A DNA stretch of 57,458 nt, taken from IMG/VR virus record IMGVR_UViG_3300047311_000444, positions 1-57,458 of that record, one strand, 5' to 3'. Below the pieces are notes generated by a model that did not search any database, was not told the origin of the DNA, and saw only the letters and a program-made list of their open reading frames with translations. Every line of letters begins with the position of its first letter. Positions within the stretch are counted from its first letter, which is position 1. The stretch is from a virus. Lineage: Duplodnaviria; Caudoviricetes. Shown piece after piece: positions 16,973 to 25,646 of the stretch. The translations under genes were made by a program, and so were the position numbers.

Positions 16973-18773
16973 AGTTCAGACGCTTAGAGCCATAGAGCTT
17001 TTCCAACTTTCTCCTGCGTTCGTCAAGCCATTTGTCGCTATCGTTCTCGATCATTATCACGCCAAGCTTCTGCAAAATGAACCCACGACGGCGCGCTCCC
17101 TCGATCGCAGTAACAAGCCAGTCGTAGAGATCGGGGCTCACTTTCATCCTCTCGCGGGCCTTTTTGTCGTGTTTACTCTCCACAAAATACTTGTTCCCCG
17201 CCGCTGTGCCGTACTCGCGCTGACATCCCTCCCTCATAACATCATCGGGCAATTCCCTCAACTGGTCGCTCTCGATCACGTAGCGGCTTGTCATCCAAAG
17301 CTCCGAAACAAAATCGTAGTAGTGCTCGTCGCAGCGCTTGTGCCGACGCTGCTTTGTTTGCTCGTCAACTATGAACAGATCATGCCGTACGGGACGGCGC
17401 GTTGGTTTCCCTCCGAATTCAATCGGGACGGGAACCGAACTCCCGAACACTCGGGCAAACGCTGAGCCAAGAGTGCCGCGTCCGGTTGAGTCATAAAATC
17501 CGTTCTCCACCAGAATGCCCTCCTGGTCCATGTCGCGCTTCACAAACTCTGCAATCTGGTCCTCTGGAATTTTGTCCCCTCGAATGTTGACTGGAATCAG
17601 TTTCGGCGGATTCACCTTGATGATCTGTCGCCCCTCAAGATCGTTGCCGACTTCAATGGAGCCTCCAATACAGCGGTCCCCGCCAGTGCCAGAGTAGGCA
17701 GCGTCCACAGCGTAATACTTTTTGCGCTCACCAGAGCCCCACACTGCTTTTTCAAGAGCGCGGTGCTGGACGCACAGGTCGCGCGTGATCACCCGTCGCT
17801 CCAGTAAGCCGGTCTTCATCACTCCGACTGCCTGAGAATAATACTGCTGGGAATCCTTGCTCCAGAACGCCTCGACCTCGTCAATCGACTTGCGATTGAT
17901 CATGTATGGGTAACGAGGTGGTTGATCCTGCGGGAAGTCGTTGTTGGGAGAATCAGTGCCGACAAAGTTGATGCAGCGGCCTCCGGGATATTTCGTGTCC
18001 CAAGTAGTCGTCTTCGTCGGTTCAGCCAAACTTGTCCAACCGCTCTCGGGCTCGCAGATCATTCCGAGTGGGTCCATGGGGTCGATCGGATTTCCCATGA
18101 ACACACCCTTGAAGTCCGGATTGTTTTTCAAGTTCGAGACGGAATCCAGAAAGGTGATGCCCATCAACTGGCACTCGTCAGCGAACAAGCGAACGCGCTT
18201 CTGTTTGATGCCGACGTATTTTCCCAGCCCGACGTAGCGTCCGCTCTGCAAGCAGGGAATGCAGATGATCCCCCGCGTGAGGACGCGCGCTCGATCGTCT
18301 TCCTCGATGTCGTCCGTGGCAATCGCATGAATGGATTCAAGGACAGTGCCGGGGAGATAATCGAATCGCTCCCGGCCACGGTTGTAGAGGTCCTTGATCT
18401 TCCCCCACACTCGAAGCTCCAGGCCGCGAACGTCGGTCGAGGAAACCAGCGTGCAAGTGTTCTCCGGGAAAACCCAATAGTCAGTCAGGGCGAATTTGGC
18501 CCCGGAGTACGTCTTGTTGGAACTGGCGGGACCCATCATGCCAGTGATCGTGTTTTGAATCTGCTCCTGCAACGAAAGTTCAGCCCAGCGATGCCAATCG
18601 TCTTCGGGCCAAATCAGCGTCATTGCGCGCTTGTAGTGTTCGAAAAGTCCCAGCCCGATTTCGCCGCGTTCGCCCTGCCACTTCCCGCCCCGGCGAATCA
18701 TGTAAAACTCTTTTTGGAGGTCGTCGGTTTCGGGGGTCCAGTCGAGACCGTACTTTGCTATTTTGTTTGACAT
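16962..18773 (-). CDS. terL: Terminase large subunit
   Basis: Walker A-like GPASSNKT, Walker B LFADE, MGNP, nuclease VDAAYSGTGGD, YDSTGRG, SPDLYD; start MSNK at 18773. Confidence 0.9.
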   Translation of the reverse strand: MSNKIAKYGLDWTPETDDLQKEFYMIRRGGKWQGERGEIGLGLFEHYKRAMTLIWPEDDWHRWAELSLQEQIQNTITGMMGPASSNKTYSGAKFALTDYWVFPENTCTLVSSTDVRGLELRVWGKIKDLYNRGRERFDYLPGTVLESIHAIATDDIEEDDRARVLTRGIICIPCLQSGRYVGLGKYVGIKQKRVRLFADECQLMGITFLDSVSNLKNNPDFKGVFMGNPIDPMDPLGMICEPESGWTSLAEPTKTTTWDTKYPGGRCINFVGTDSPNNDFPQDQPPRYPYMINRKSIDEVEAFWSKDSQQYYSQAVGVMKTGLLERRVITRDLCVQHRALEKAVWGSGERKKYYAVDAAYSGTGGDRCIGGSIEVGNDLEGRQIIKVNPPKLIPVNIRGDKIPEDQIAEFVKRDMDQEGILVENGFYDSTGRGTLGSAFARVFGSSVPVPIEFGGKPTRRPVRHDLFIVDEQTKQRRHKRCDEHYYDFVSELWMTSRYVIESDQLRELPDDVMREGCQREYGTAAGNKYFVESKHDKKARERMKVSPDLYDWLVTAIEGARRRGFILQKLGVIMIENDSDKWLDERRRKLEKLYGSKRLNYAT

Positions 18774-18825
18774 CGGACTGCGGAAGAGGACTCTAATCTT
18801 GGCTTGACCCCGCAGCCAGAAAAAT

Positions 18826-19602
18826 ATGAGTACGCCAAAATCTTGCTGTGCCCCCTGCCCCGATGTTATTACCGTCAACATTCCCGGAGTAGAAGGTCCC
18901 GATGGAACGGACGGGAAGGACGGAACGAACGGGCTCAACTCTTTTACGAACACCACTGCCGACTTCGTCGTTCCAGGTCTCGGCAGCGACGTGACTATCA
19001 ATGTCGTCGACTCCACTTGGATGCTTCCAGGGCAAACCGTCTTCATCACTGGCGCTGGTAACTTTACCGTAGTCTCCAAACCGACGACGACCAGCGCCAC
19101 TCTGAACTATGACAACGTGGGAGCAAACACCGCGACCGGAAACACAATTAGCACCGGCGCCGGGGTCTCGCCCTCGGGAAAAATCCTGACGGCGCTCCCG
19201 CTGACTTCGAATTATCAATCGGGTGGATCGCAGGCCATGACGATCACACCCGCGCAAGTCCTCAACGGGACGATCACTCTGGCGGCTGCTGGGACATACC
19301 TTCTTCTGGCAACTGGACGATTCGATTTCAGCATTGCTACTTTCAACAGCGAGCAAATCCTGACGTTCAAACTTCGACGAACGAACAACACGCCTGGTGA
19401 TGTCGCGAACGCACTCGCCCACTTCGATACCGGCCTGACAGTCCTGGTGAGCAAAACCATGGCAGTCATCCCGCTTCCCCCGGTGAGCTACACCGCGACG
19501 GCAGGAGACATCATTCAGCCGTTCGCCAGTCTCAACGGATTGCCCTACTCGGGAAGCTTGATCGCTGTCGAGGTGGGCGTCATGGCTGTTCGGATTTTCT
19601 GA
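18826..19602 (+). CDS. Virion fibre/spike protein (short collagen-like G-x-x repeat, beta-sandwich C-terminus)
   Basis: GVEGPDGTDGKDGTNG; ITLAAAGTYLLLA; Thr/Gly-rich. Confidence 0.6.
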   Translation: MSTPKSCCAPCPDVITVNIPGVEGPDGTDGKDGTNGLNSFTNTTADFVVPGLGSDVTINVVDSTWMLPGQTVFITGAGNFTVVSKPTTTSATLNYDNVGANTATGNTISTGAGVSPSGKILTALPLTSNYQSGGSQAMTITPAQVLNGTITLAAAGTYLLLATGRFDFSIATFNSEQILTFKLRRTNNTPGDVANALAHFDTGLTVLVSKTMAVIPLPPVSYTATAGDIIQPFASLNGLPYSGSLIAVEVGVMAVRIF

Positions 19603-19604
19603 GC

Positions 19605-21635
19605 ATGGCCAAAGAAAAGGAAACGCCGACTTGGATTGACGGATTCACCCAACTTGACGCTGGGATGAATTCCGGAGTGGCCCCGCAGATTCTCCCGAGA
19701 AACCAAGCCGCGTTTGCAACCAACTGCACCTTCCGCGGGAACTTCGTCACCGATCGACCTCCTGTAAGGCAAGTCACCTTGGACTTCGGTGGAAATGCTT
19801 CCACCCAGCAGAATTTTGAAGACAAACTTTTTCAAGGCGCAACGTATTTTAACCCGGACACAGGAACGCAGGCATTGGTTGCGGCGATCGGTGGTCGCTT
19901 GTTCGATTGCTCGATTGAGGGAAACGTAGCCACTGTCGTTGACGCGACTGTTCCGGGTGATCCCAATCCTTCAACCGTAACACAGGCATGGCTCTGGCAA
20001 GCGGAGTCCTGGATCATCTGGAATGACGGGCAGAGCGTGCCGGTGTTTTACAATCGCGTGCAGACAGCCCGACGATCAAACTCTAACGGCTTCACGTACG
20101 GATTAACCACAAATGGAGGCTTCACTGCTCCCCCTGTAAATCAGTACGCCGTCGTCTTCTTCACTGGAGGCAACATGCCACCAATCGGCGGCACCGTTTT
20201 AATTGGCGGCGCTCAATATCAGTTCGGAGGATATGCCCTTTCCGTTGGAATGCCGAACCCCGCTGTGGGCGGAACCTTTCCCACGTTCAAAAATCTCACT
20301 GACATACCGGGAACGGTTTACGGCAATGGAGTCTCCGTAAAGAGCATCGGTGGAGGCGGCACCGAATTGCCAGTTGGACGCATGGGAGCGTACGGCATGG
20401 GTCGCAACTGGATTTCTTTGCCGGACGGGAAAAGCTTCCTCGGTGGAGACATTGTCGGCAGTAGCACCGGCACTGCTCAATTCAATTTTCGTGATGCGGT
20501 GCTCAATGTCGCCTCCAACCCATTTTTGGCCGCTGGTCAAACCTTTACCGTTCCGGGACAGAATCAAACGATCAACGCCATGTGCTTCGCCACGACGCTG
20601 GACGTGTCTCTTGGCCAAGGACCCCTTGAGGTTTACACCGCAAACACGGTCTTCAGTTGCATGTCTCCGGTGGATAATTTCACGTGGACAACGATCACGA
20701 ATCCGATCCTCACAGAATCACTGATCGGCGCTGGTGGGCTCGGGCAGAATTCCACGATCGCTGCGAGCGGAGACACTATCTCACGCTCCCTCGATGGAAT
20801 TCGATCCCTGATTCTTGCGCGCCGCGATTTCGACACGTGGGGCAATGTGCCAATCAGTGAGGAAATGCTTCGCGTGTTGCCGGATGACGCCGCCGCGCTG
20901 CTGCAATACAGCAGCGCTTTGGTCTTCGATAACCGGATGCTCATGACGTGCATCCCCACCACCGGAGACAGAGGTGTCTATCACCAGGGTTTGATCGCAC
21001 TCAACTTCAGTCCCGTGAGTAGTCTTCGCGGCAAGCAGCCCTCGATCTATGATGGACTTTGGACCGGCCTCAACATTCTTCAACTCGTCAAAGGACTCTT
21101 CCTTGGGGTCGAGCGCGCGTTTGCATTCACCTTTAACCAGACGACCAAGAAAATTGAACTCTGGGAAATCCTCCCCACCAGCAAAACGAACCACTTCGAC
21201 AATGACACGATTCCAATCACTTGGTCCTTCGAGTCTGCGTCACTGATGCGGCAGGTGAAGGGCAAGGGAGAATTCGAACTGTGCCGCCTGATCGACGGGG
21301 AGATTTACGTCTCCGACGTGATTGGTACCGTCAACTTTCAAGTGTTCTACCGACCCGATTATGACGATTGCTGGCACAAGTGGCATGAGTTCAGTGTATG
21401 TGCCAAAAACACAGAGCCGGGAGCACCGTTGCAATACCGGCCCCGCCTCGGACTTGGAACCCCTGACATTACTCAATGCGACCCCACAACCAACAAGCCG
21501 TTTGCTATTGGAAGATTCTTTGAGGTTCGCGTGCAGGTTTCGGGGCATTGCGTAATCAAGGGGATGTTGATTAAAGCGTCGAAAGAGGACGAGCAGGAGT
21601 TTGCTCCCCAAGTCTGCGACCCGATTTGCACATGA
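19605..21635 (+). CDS. Tail tube/nozzle (DNA stabilisation, P22 gp10/T7 gp12-like) protein
   Basis: GMNSG..P..LP.NQ....NCTF start, beta-rich 676 aa, position before adaptor and ejection genes. Confidence 0.6.
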   Translation: MAKEKETPTWIDGFTQLDAGMNSGVAPQILPRNQAAFATNCTFRGNFVTDRPPVRQVTLDFGGNASTQQNFEDKLFQGATYFNPDTGTQALVAAIGGRLFDCSIEGNVATVVDATVPGDPNPSTVTQAWLWQAESWIIWNDGQSVPVFYNRVQTARRSNSNGFTYGLTTNGGFTAPPVNQYAVVFFTGGNMPPIGGTVLIGGAQYQFGGYALSVGMPNPAVGGTFPTFKNLTDIPGTVYGNGVSVKSIGGGGTELPVGRMGAYGMGRNWISLPDGKSFLGGDIVGSSTGTAQFNFRDAVLNVASNPFLAAGQTFTVPGQNQTINAMCFATTLDVSLGQGPLEVYTANTVFSCMSPVDNFTWTTITNPILTESLIGAGGLGQNSTIAASGDTISRSLDGIRSLILARRDFDTWGNVPISEEMLRVLPDDAAALLQYSSALVFDNRMLMTCIPTTGDRGVYHQGLIALNFSPVSSLRGKQPSIYDGLWTGLNILQLVKGLFLGVERAFAFTFNQTTKKIELWEILPTSKTNHFDNDTIPITWSFESASLMRQVKGKGEFELCRLIDGEIYVSDVIGTVNFQVFYRPDYDDCWHKWHEFSVCAKNTEPGAPLQYRPRLGLGTPDITQCDPTTNKPFAIGRFFEVRVQVSGHCVIKGMLIKASKEDEQEFAPQVCDPICT

Positions 21636-23146
21636 GCAAATGCGATCCATGCAAAGTGATTTCGGAATGCCTCCAGTTCCCGCTGGTGTTCTACAATCTG
21701 AACGTGGGAAAGCACTACACCAATCCCACTCTCGGATTTCAAATCACGTGCCCCAACGGAAGTATTGTCACTCAGTACGTTCAGGCTGGGACCGTAAATT
21801 TCACACTGCCGTTTCCTCCAGGATTCACCGGAGATTATCCCCCGCTGGTGCTTGGCTGTGCCGCTGGTGGAAACATTGTCCGGAACATTCCGTCAGGCGC
21901 GACCCAGGATCAGATCGACGTGATTGTCAATGAGATGATCATCACTTGCGCCCGAGCGATCGCAGAACAGCAGGCCAGTTGCACAGCACCCAACCCCGCG
22001 TCCAATGATGTCGTCTATTTCAATCACCCGTGCCCCAGCGGAACTTTGACGCTGTCGGTGACTCCTCCTTCCTGGATCACTCTTGACTCAGCGAACAGCC
22101 GACTCGTTGGAGCGGCTGGCACGTTCACTTCAAGTTCAAAGTCGGCAGCAAACGAACTCGCCCAGGACGCGCTGAACGGCTACGGAAATCAGCAAATCGG
22201 TCTCGGCACTCTCTCTTGCTCGCTGCCGTGCCCCTCTCAGATTGGAACGATCGCCTCAGTTCAATCGGGAACGGAATATAGCTACACTCCGACCCACACG
22301 GCGGCTGTGCAGAGATTGGTGGAGGCGGACATCATTACTCCCAAATTGAACTTCATCAATACGGCTCTCGGCACTGTGATTGCGTCACCCGTGTTCAAAG
22401 GCGGGAGATTGGGCTGCTTCGCCGCGTCACAAAACCATTTTTTCCTGAACGACGCGAACACCGCCAACAACATCGGGGTGTACGACCAAAATGGCGGATT
22501 CGTGGCAACCGTGGCGTACCCAGATGCTCCCAGCGACCCGGTTTACAGTGCAGCGCAAGATCGAGTTTACGTCACAACTCTTCCAGGCTTCACCCATGTC
22601 CGCGGAGTCAACCCCACTACCAATGCCATTGTCAGCGACGACAACCTTGGGGCCAACTACGCAGCGGGGCCACAACTGTTCAACCTGAATGAACGACTGG
22701 TGTTCAAAGGATTTCTTTTTTTCGACGCCATGTTTTTCTTCGACATCCCCAGCATGGCCCTTGCCGGAAATGTTCCCATTCCCGGAGGATTCGCCGGTGG
22801 AGCGTGTTACGCCCCCAACGCGGGCAAATACCTCGTCGGCGCTTTCAACTCCGGAACATTCAACGCGGAGGTGTGGCAAATCAACTCGACGACGTTTGCC
22901 GTTGAGCATGTCTACACCCCCACGGACATAGGCGACGGCGTCTTCACCCTGGAGTACAATCCGGTGACGGGAAAGGTTGTGGGCAAGCAGGCGTTTTCAG
23001 GCCCGCTGCTGATCATTGACCCTTTGGCTCTGACGATCGTTTGTGAGATTCCGCAGGTGAGCGACATCAACGCAGTCATTGACGAATCGACCGGAAAGAT
23101 TTATACGGGAGATGACGGGGCTCAGCAAACCCTGATTTACCAATAG
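21632..23146 (+). CDS. Virion protein with Cys-rich N-terminus and C-terminal beta-propeller (putative receptor-binding)
   Basis: Repeated Y.P...K.Y.. blades (YSAAQDRVYV, YAPNAGKYLV, YNPVTGKVV, DESTGKIY). Confidence 0.55.
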   Translation: MSKCDPCKVISECLQFPLVFYNLNVGKHYTNPTLGFQITCPNGSIVTQYVQAGTVNFTLPFPPGFTGDYPPLVLGCAAGGNIVRNIPSGATQDQIDVIVNEMIITCARAIAEQQASCTAPNPASNDVVYFNHPCPSGTLTLSVTPPSWITLDSANSRLVGAAGTFTSSSKSAANELAQDALNGYGNQQIGLGTLSCSLPCPSQIGTIASVQSGTEYSYTPTHTAAVQRLVEADIITPKLNFINTALGTVIASPVFKGGRLGCFAASQNHFFLNDANTANNIGVYDQNGGFVATVAYPDAPSDPVYSAAQDRVYVTTLPGFTHVRGVNPTTNAIVSDDNLGANYAAGPQLFNLNERLVFKGFLFFDAMFFFDIPSMALAGNVPIPGGFAGGACYAPNAGKYLVGAFNSGTFNAEVWQINSTTFAVEHVYTPTDIGDGVFTLEYNPVTGKVVGKQAFSGPLLIIDPLALTIVCEIPQVSDINAVIDESTGKIYTGDDGAQQTLIYQ

Positions 23147-23147
23147 C

Positions 23148-24173
23148 ATGCTTACTTTTGGAGATTGCAAGGCGAGTCGGCAGATCATTTCTGCCGCTGC
23201 CGCGTGTCCAACGAGTGACGCCTTCCGGGACTACGTCAATCAGGGAACCGACATGCTCATGAAGCGTGGGAATTTCTGGGGAACGGTTCAACCCTTGCAA
23301 GTCTGCGTTTCAAATCAGTGCATCACGTGGAATCGGTACGTGGGAACGGTGCTCGCGACCAACGTGTGCCGCTCAGCGTCTCGTCCTCAAAATAACTGGA
23401 GCGCGTTCGTCCCGATTGGACCGATGGGGATTCGTGGAGACGGTTTCGGATTTGGCCACGGTGGTTGCACCGGCGATCTGGTCCTTGAGAATGTCGGCAC
23501 CAGTCCCGTGTTCAATCAGGTTGCTTGCTCGAAAGCCTTCTACGTTCGCGCCTACCCCTCCGTGCGTGCCGACGTGGGCAAGAAGATCAGGATTTTCGGG
23601 ATCGACAGCAACGGTCAAACCATTCTCACCAAGAACGCTGACGGGACATGGTCCGAAGGCGTTGATATTACGATCGCGATCGAGTTCGCCTCAACGCCGA
23701 TGCTGGTGGGGGAGATCACGCGAGTTATCAAGGAGCCCACTCAGGGCGTTGTGAGACTGTTCCAGTACGACCCCGTGGAGAACGTGCTTGTTGATTGCGC
23801 CGTTTACGATCCCTCTGAAACCAATCCGGATTACAGAGTCTCCCGCCTCCACGGATTTGTTGGACGCGGCTGTTGCAATTGCTCTGGAGTGAAAAGCATC
23901 AAGGCCCTTGTTAAGCTCCAATTCATCAAAGTCCAAGTGGACAACGATCTGGTGATTATCGACAACGAGGATGCGATTGCTTTGGCGATTCAGGCGATCA
24001 AAGCCGGTGAGTCCGGAAAAGTCGGCAAGTCTGCCGCCTTCGAAGCCTCTGCAATCCACGATCTCAATTTGCAGTTGAGGGACAAATTCCCCCTCGACCA
24101 AACTCCAATCAGTTACAATCCATTTGGCACGGCAATCCCCGCTGGTCGAGCTATGATCGGGAGGATTATTTAG
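23148..24173 (+). CDS. Putative head-tail adaptor protein
   Basis: Helical N- and C-termini (YVNQGTDMLMKRGNFWG; AIALAIQA) around a beta core; position. Confidence 0.5.
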   Translation: MLTFGDCKASRQIISAAAACPTSDAFRDYVNQGTDMLMKRGNFWGTVQPLQVCVSNQCITWNRYVGTVLATNVCRSASRPQNNWSAFVPIGPMGIRGDGFGFGHGGCTGDLVLENVGTSPVFNQVACSKAFYVRAYPSVRADVGKKIRIFGIDSNGQTILTKNADGTWSEGVDITIAIEFASTPMLVGEITRVIKEPTQGVVRLFQYDPVENVLVDCAVYDPSETNPDYRVSRLHGFVGRGCCNCSGVKSIKALVKLQFIKVQVDNDLVIIDNEDAIALAIQAIKAGESGKVGKSAAFEASAIHDLNLQLRDKFPLDQTPISYNPFGTAIPAGRAMIGRII

Positions 24174-24176
24174 CCT

Positions 24177-24800
24177 ATGGCAACCAACCCACTCTTCAAA
24201 TCAGTTGGGGGAGGAACATCAACCGGGACTTACAATCCTTCGCCCTCGCCGCGCACTGGACAAGGTGCTTATGGTTTGGTGCCTGGAGCCATTGGCCTGC
24301 CGAATCCATCGGCGGACCTCGCTGCCGTTTATCCGAATCTGACAGGGCAAAACGCACAACTGTCCAAGAATATCATGGGGGAACTCAGCGGCGAGCTTTC
24401 TCCTGAGACGATCAAAACAATTCAGGATCAAGCGGCTCGCTTCGGCGTCATGAGCGGCAGTCCTCTCAGCGGTTTTGCTGGAGCAGCGGGGCTGAAGAAT
24501 CTTGGGCTCTCGGTCGAACAGCAGCAAAAGGGGGGGCTTGCCGACTACCTCAATGCGATCACCGGAATTTCGAAGACGCAGACAGTTTCTCCGGAGCTAC
24601 AGACCGAGACCGCTCTGCAAAATTCAGTCTTCAATGCGGCTCCCGACCCCGCAATGGCGGCAGCGCAGCAGCAGAAGCTTCTGGACAAGTACCTCCAGGA
24701 AACCAAGGGTCCCGCTGGCGGCACAGTTCCTCAGGGGGTAACGAGGAGAAACATTTACCCCGGCAGTGCCGAATGGGGTGGTGCGCCATTTGATATTTGA
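24177..24800 (+). CDS. Putative DNA ejection (internal virion) protein
   Basis: G/A/Q-rich, first of three genes preceding a 1.5k-aa protein. Confidence 0.55.
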   Translation: MATNPLFKSVGGGTSTGTYNPSPSPRTGQGAYGLVPGAIGLPNPSADLAAVYPNLTGQNAQLSKNIMGELSGELSPETIKTIQDQAARFGVMSGSPLSGFAGAAGLKNLGLSVEQQQKGGLADYLNAITGISKTQTVSPELQTETALQNSVFNAAPDPAMAAAQQQKLLDKYLQETKGPAGGTVPQGVTRRNIYPGSAEWGGAPFDI

Positions 24801-24802
24801 TT

Positions 24803-25645
24803 ATGCCCTACGTACCGCCATGGCTCGACATCAAGCCCGCTGACTTCACGCAGGCTGCGGAGGCTGGCGCGAGGATTGGGACACAACTTTCCAGCATTGC
24901 GACAGACGCGCAGGTTGCCCGCGAGCGTATTGCTGCATCGGCTGCGGAAAATGCGTCACGTGTGGCCGCTGGAGCGGAAGAGGCCGCAGCACGCAGGGTG
25001 CAAGCAGCGCAGGAATCGGAGTCCGAGCGTCAATTGCGCCAGTGGGAAAACCAGCAGCGGATTCAGATGGAGCAACAACAACTCTCCTCCCAGGAAGGTC
25101 GCTCAGCCGCAGAGCTTGGGCAGAAGACTGCTTACGAAGGTGGATTGCTCAATCTCCGGAGCGCGGCCAACGACATCGCCCAGCAGCGCGCAGACATCGC
25201 TGCGGGCAAGGCTGGAGACACTGGCGGGAAAATGACTCCGCTGGACACTCACATGCTGAGTGACGCCCTGATTCGTCGACGGCAAGCGCAAGCGGCAATC
25301 ACGAAAGCCTCTGAGGATATTTCAACCGGAGGACCGAGTCGCGACATGCTCTCGAAGCTTCGAGCGGCTGAAGCAGACATTGACTCGCTGACGAAGAAAT
25401 ACGCGGCGCCTCCGACTGCTGGCACGGGAACGAATCCGGCGATGCAAGAGGGTGCGCGCGTCAGAAGCAAAACCACTGGCCAAATGGGAACGATCAAAAA
25501 CGGGGACGTGGTTTGGGACGCTGCTCCCGCGGCGCCTCCCCCCGGCGCTCTTTACTCTGGTCTTCCCGGAGGCCAGCCCGTATCGTCCGGGAATATGTTC
25601 ATGGGGGCGAATCTGCCCGCGCTGACGGAGCAGGGTGCCCAGTGA
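24803..25645 (+). CDS. Putative DNA ejection protein
   Basis: A/Q-rich coiled coil. Confidence 0.55.
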   Translation: MPYVPPWLDIKPADFTQAAEAGARIGTQLSSIATDAQVARERIAASAAENASRVAAGAEEAAARRVQAAQESESERQLRQWENQQRIQMEQQQLSSQEGRSAAELGQKTAYEGGLLNLRSAANDIAQQRADIAAGKAGDTGGKMTPLDTHMLSDALIRRRQAQAAITKASEDISTGGPSRDMLSKLRAAEADIDSLTKKYAAPPTAGTGTNPAMQEGARVRSKTTGQMGTIKNGDVVWDAAPAAPPPGALYSGLPGGQPVSSGNMFMGANLPALTEQGAQ

Positions 25646-25646
25646 T

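Noticed and set aside
18774-19100. N-terminal extension of TerL to 19100
   Set aside because: Overlaps the opposite-strand structural gene; MSNK at 18773 is the plausible start.
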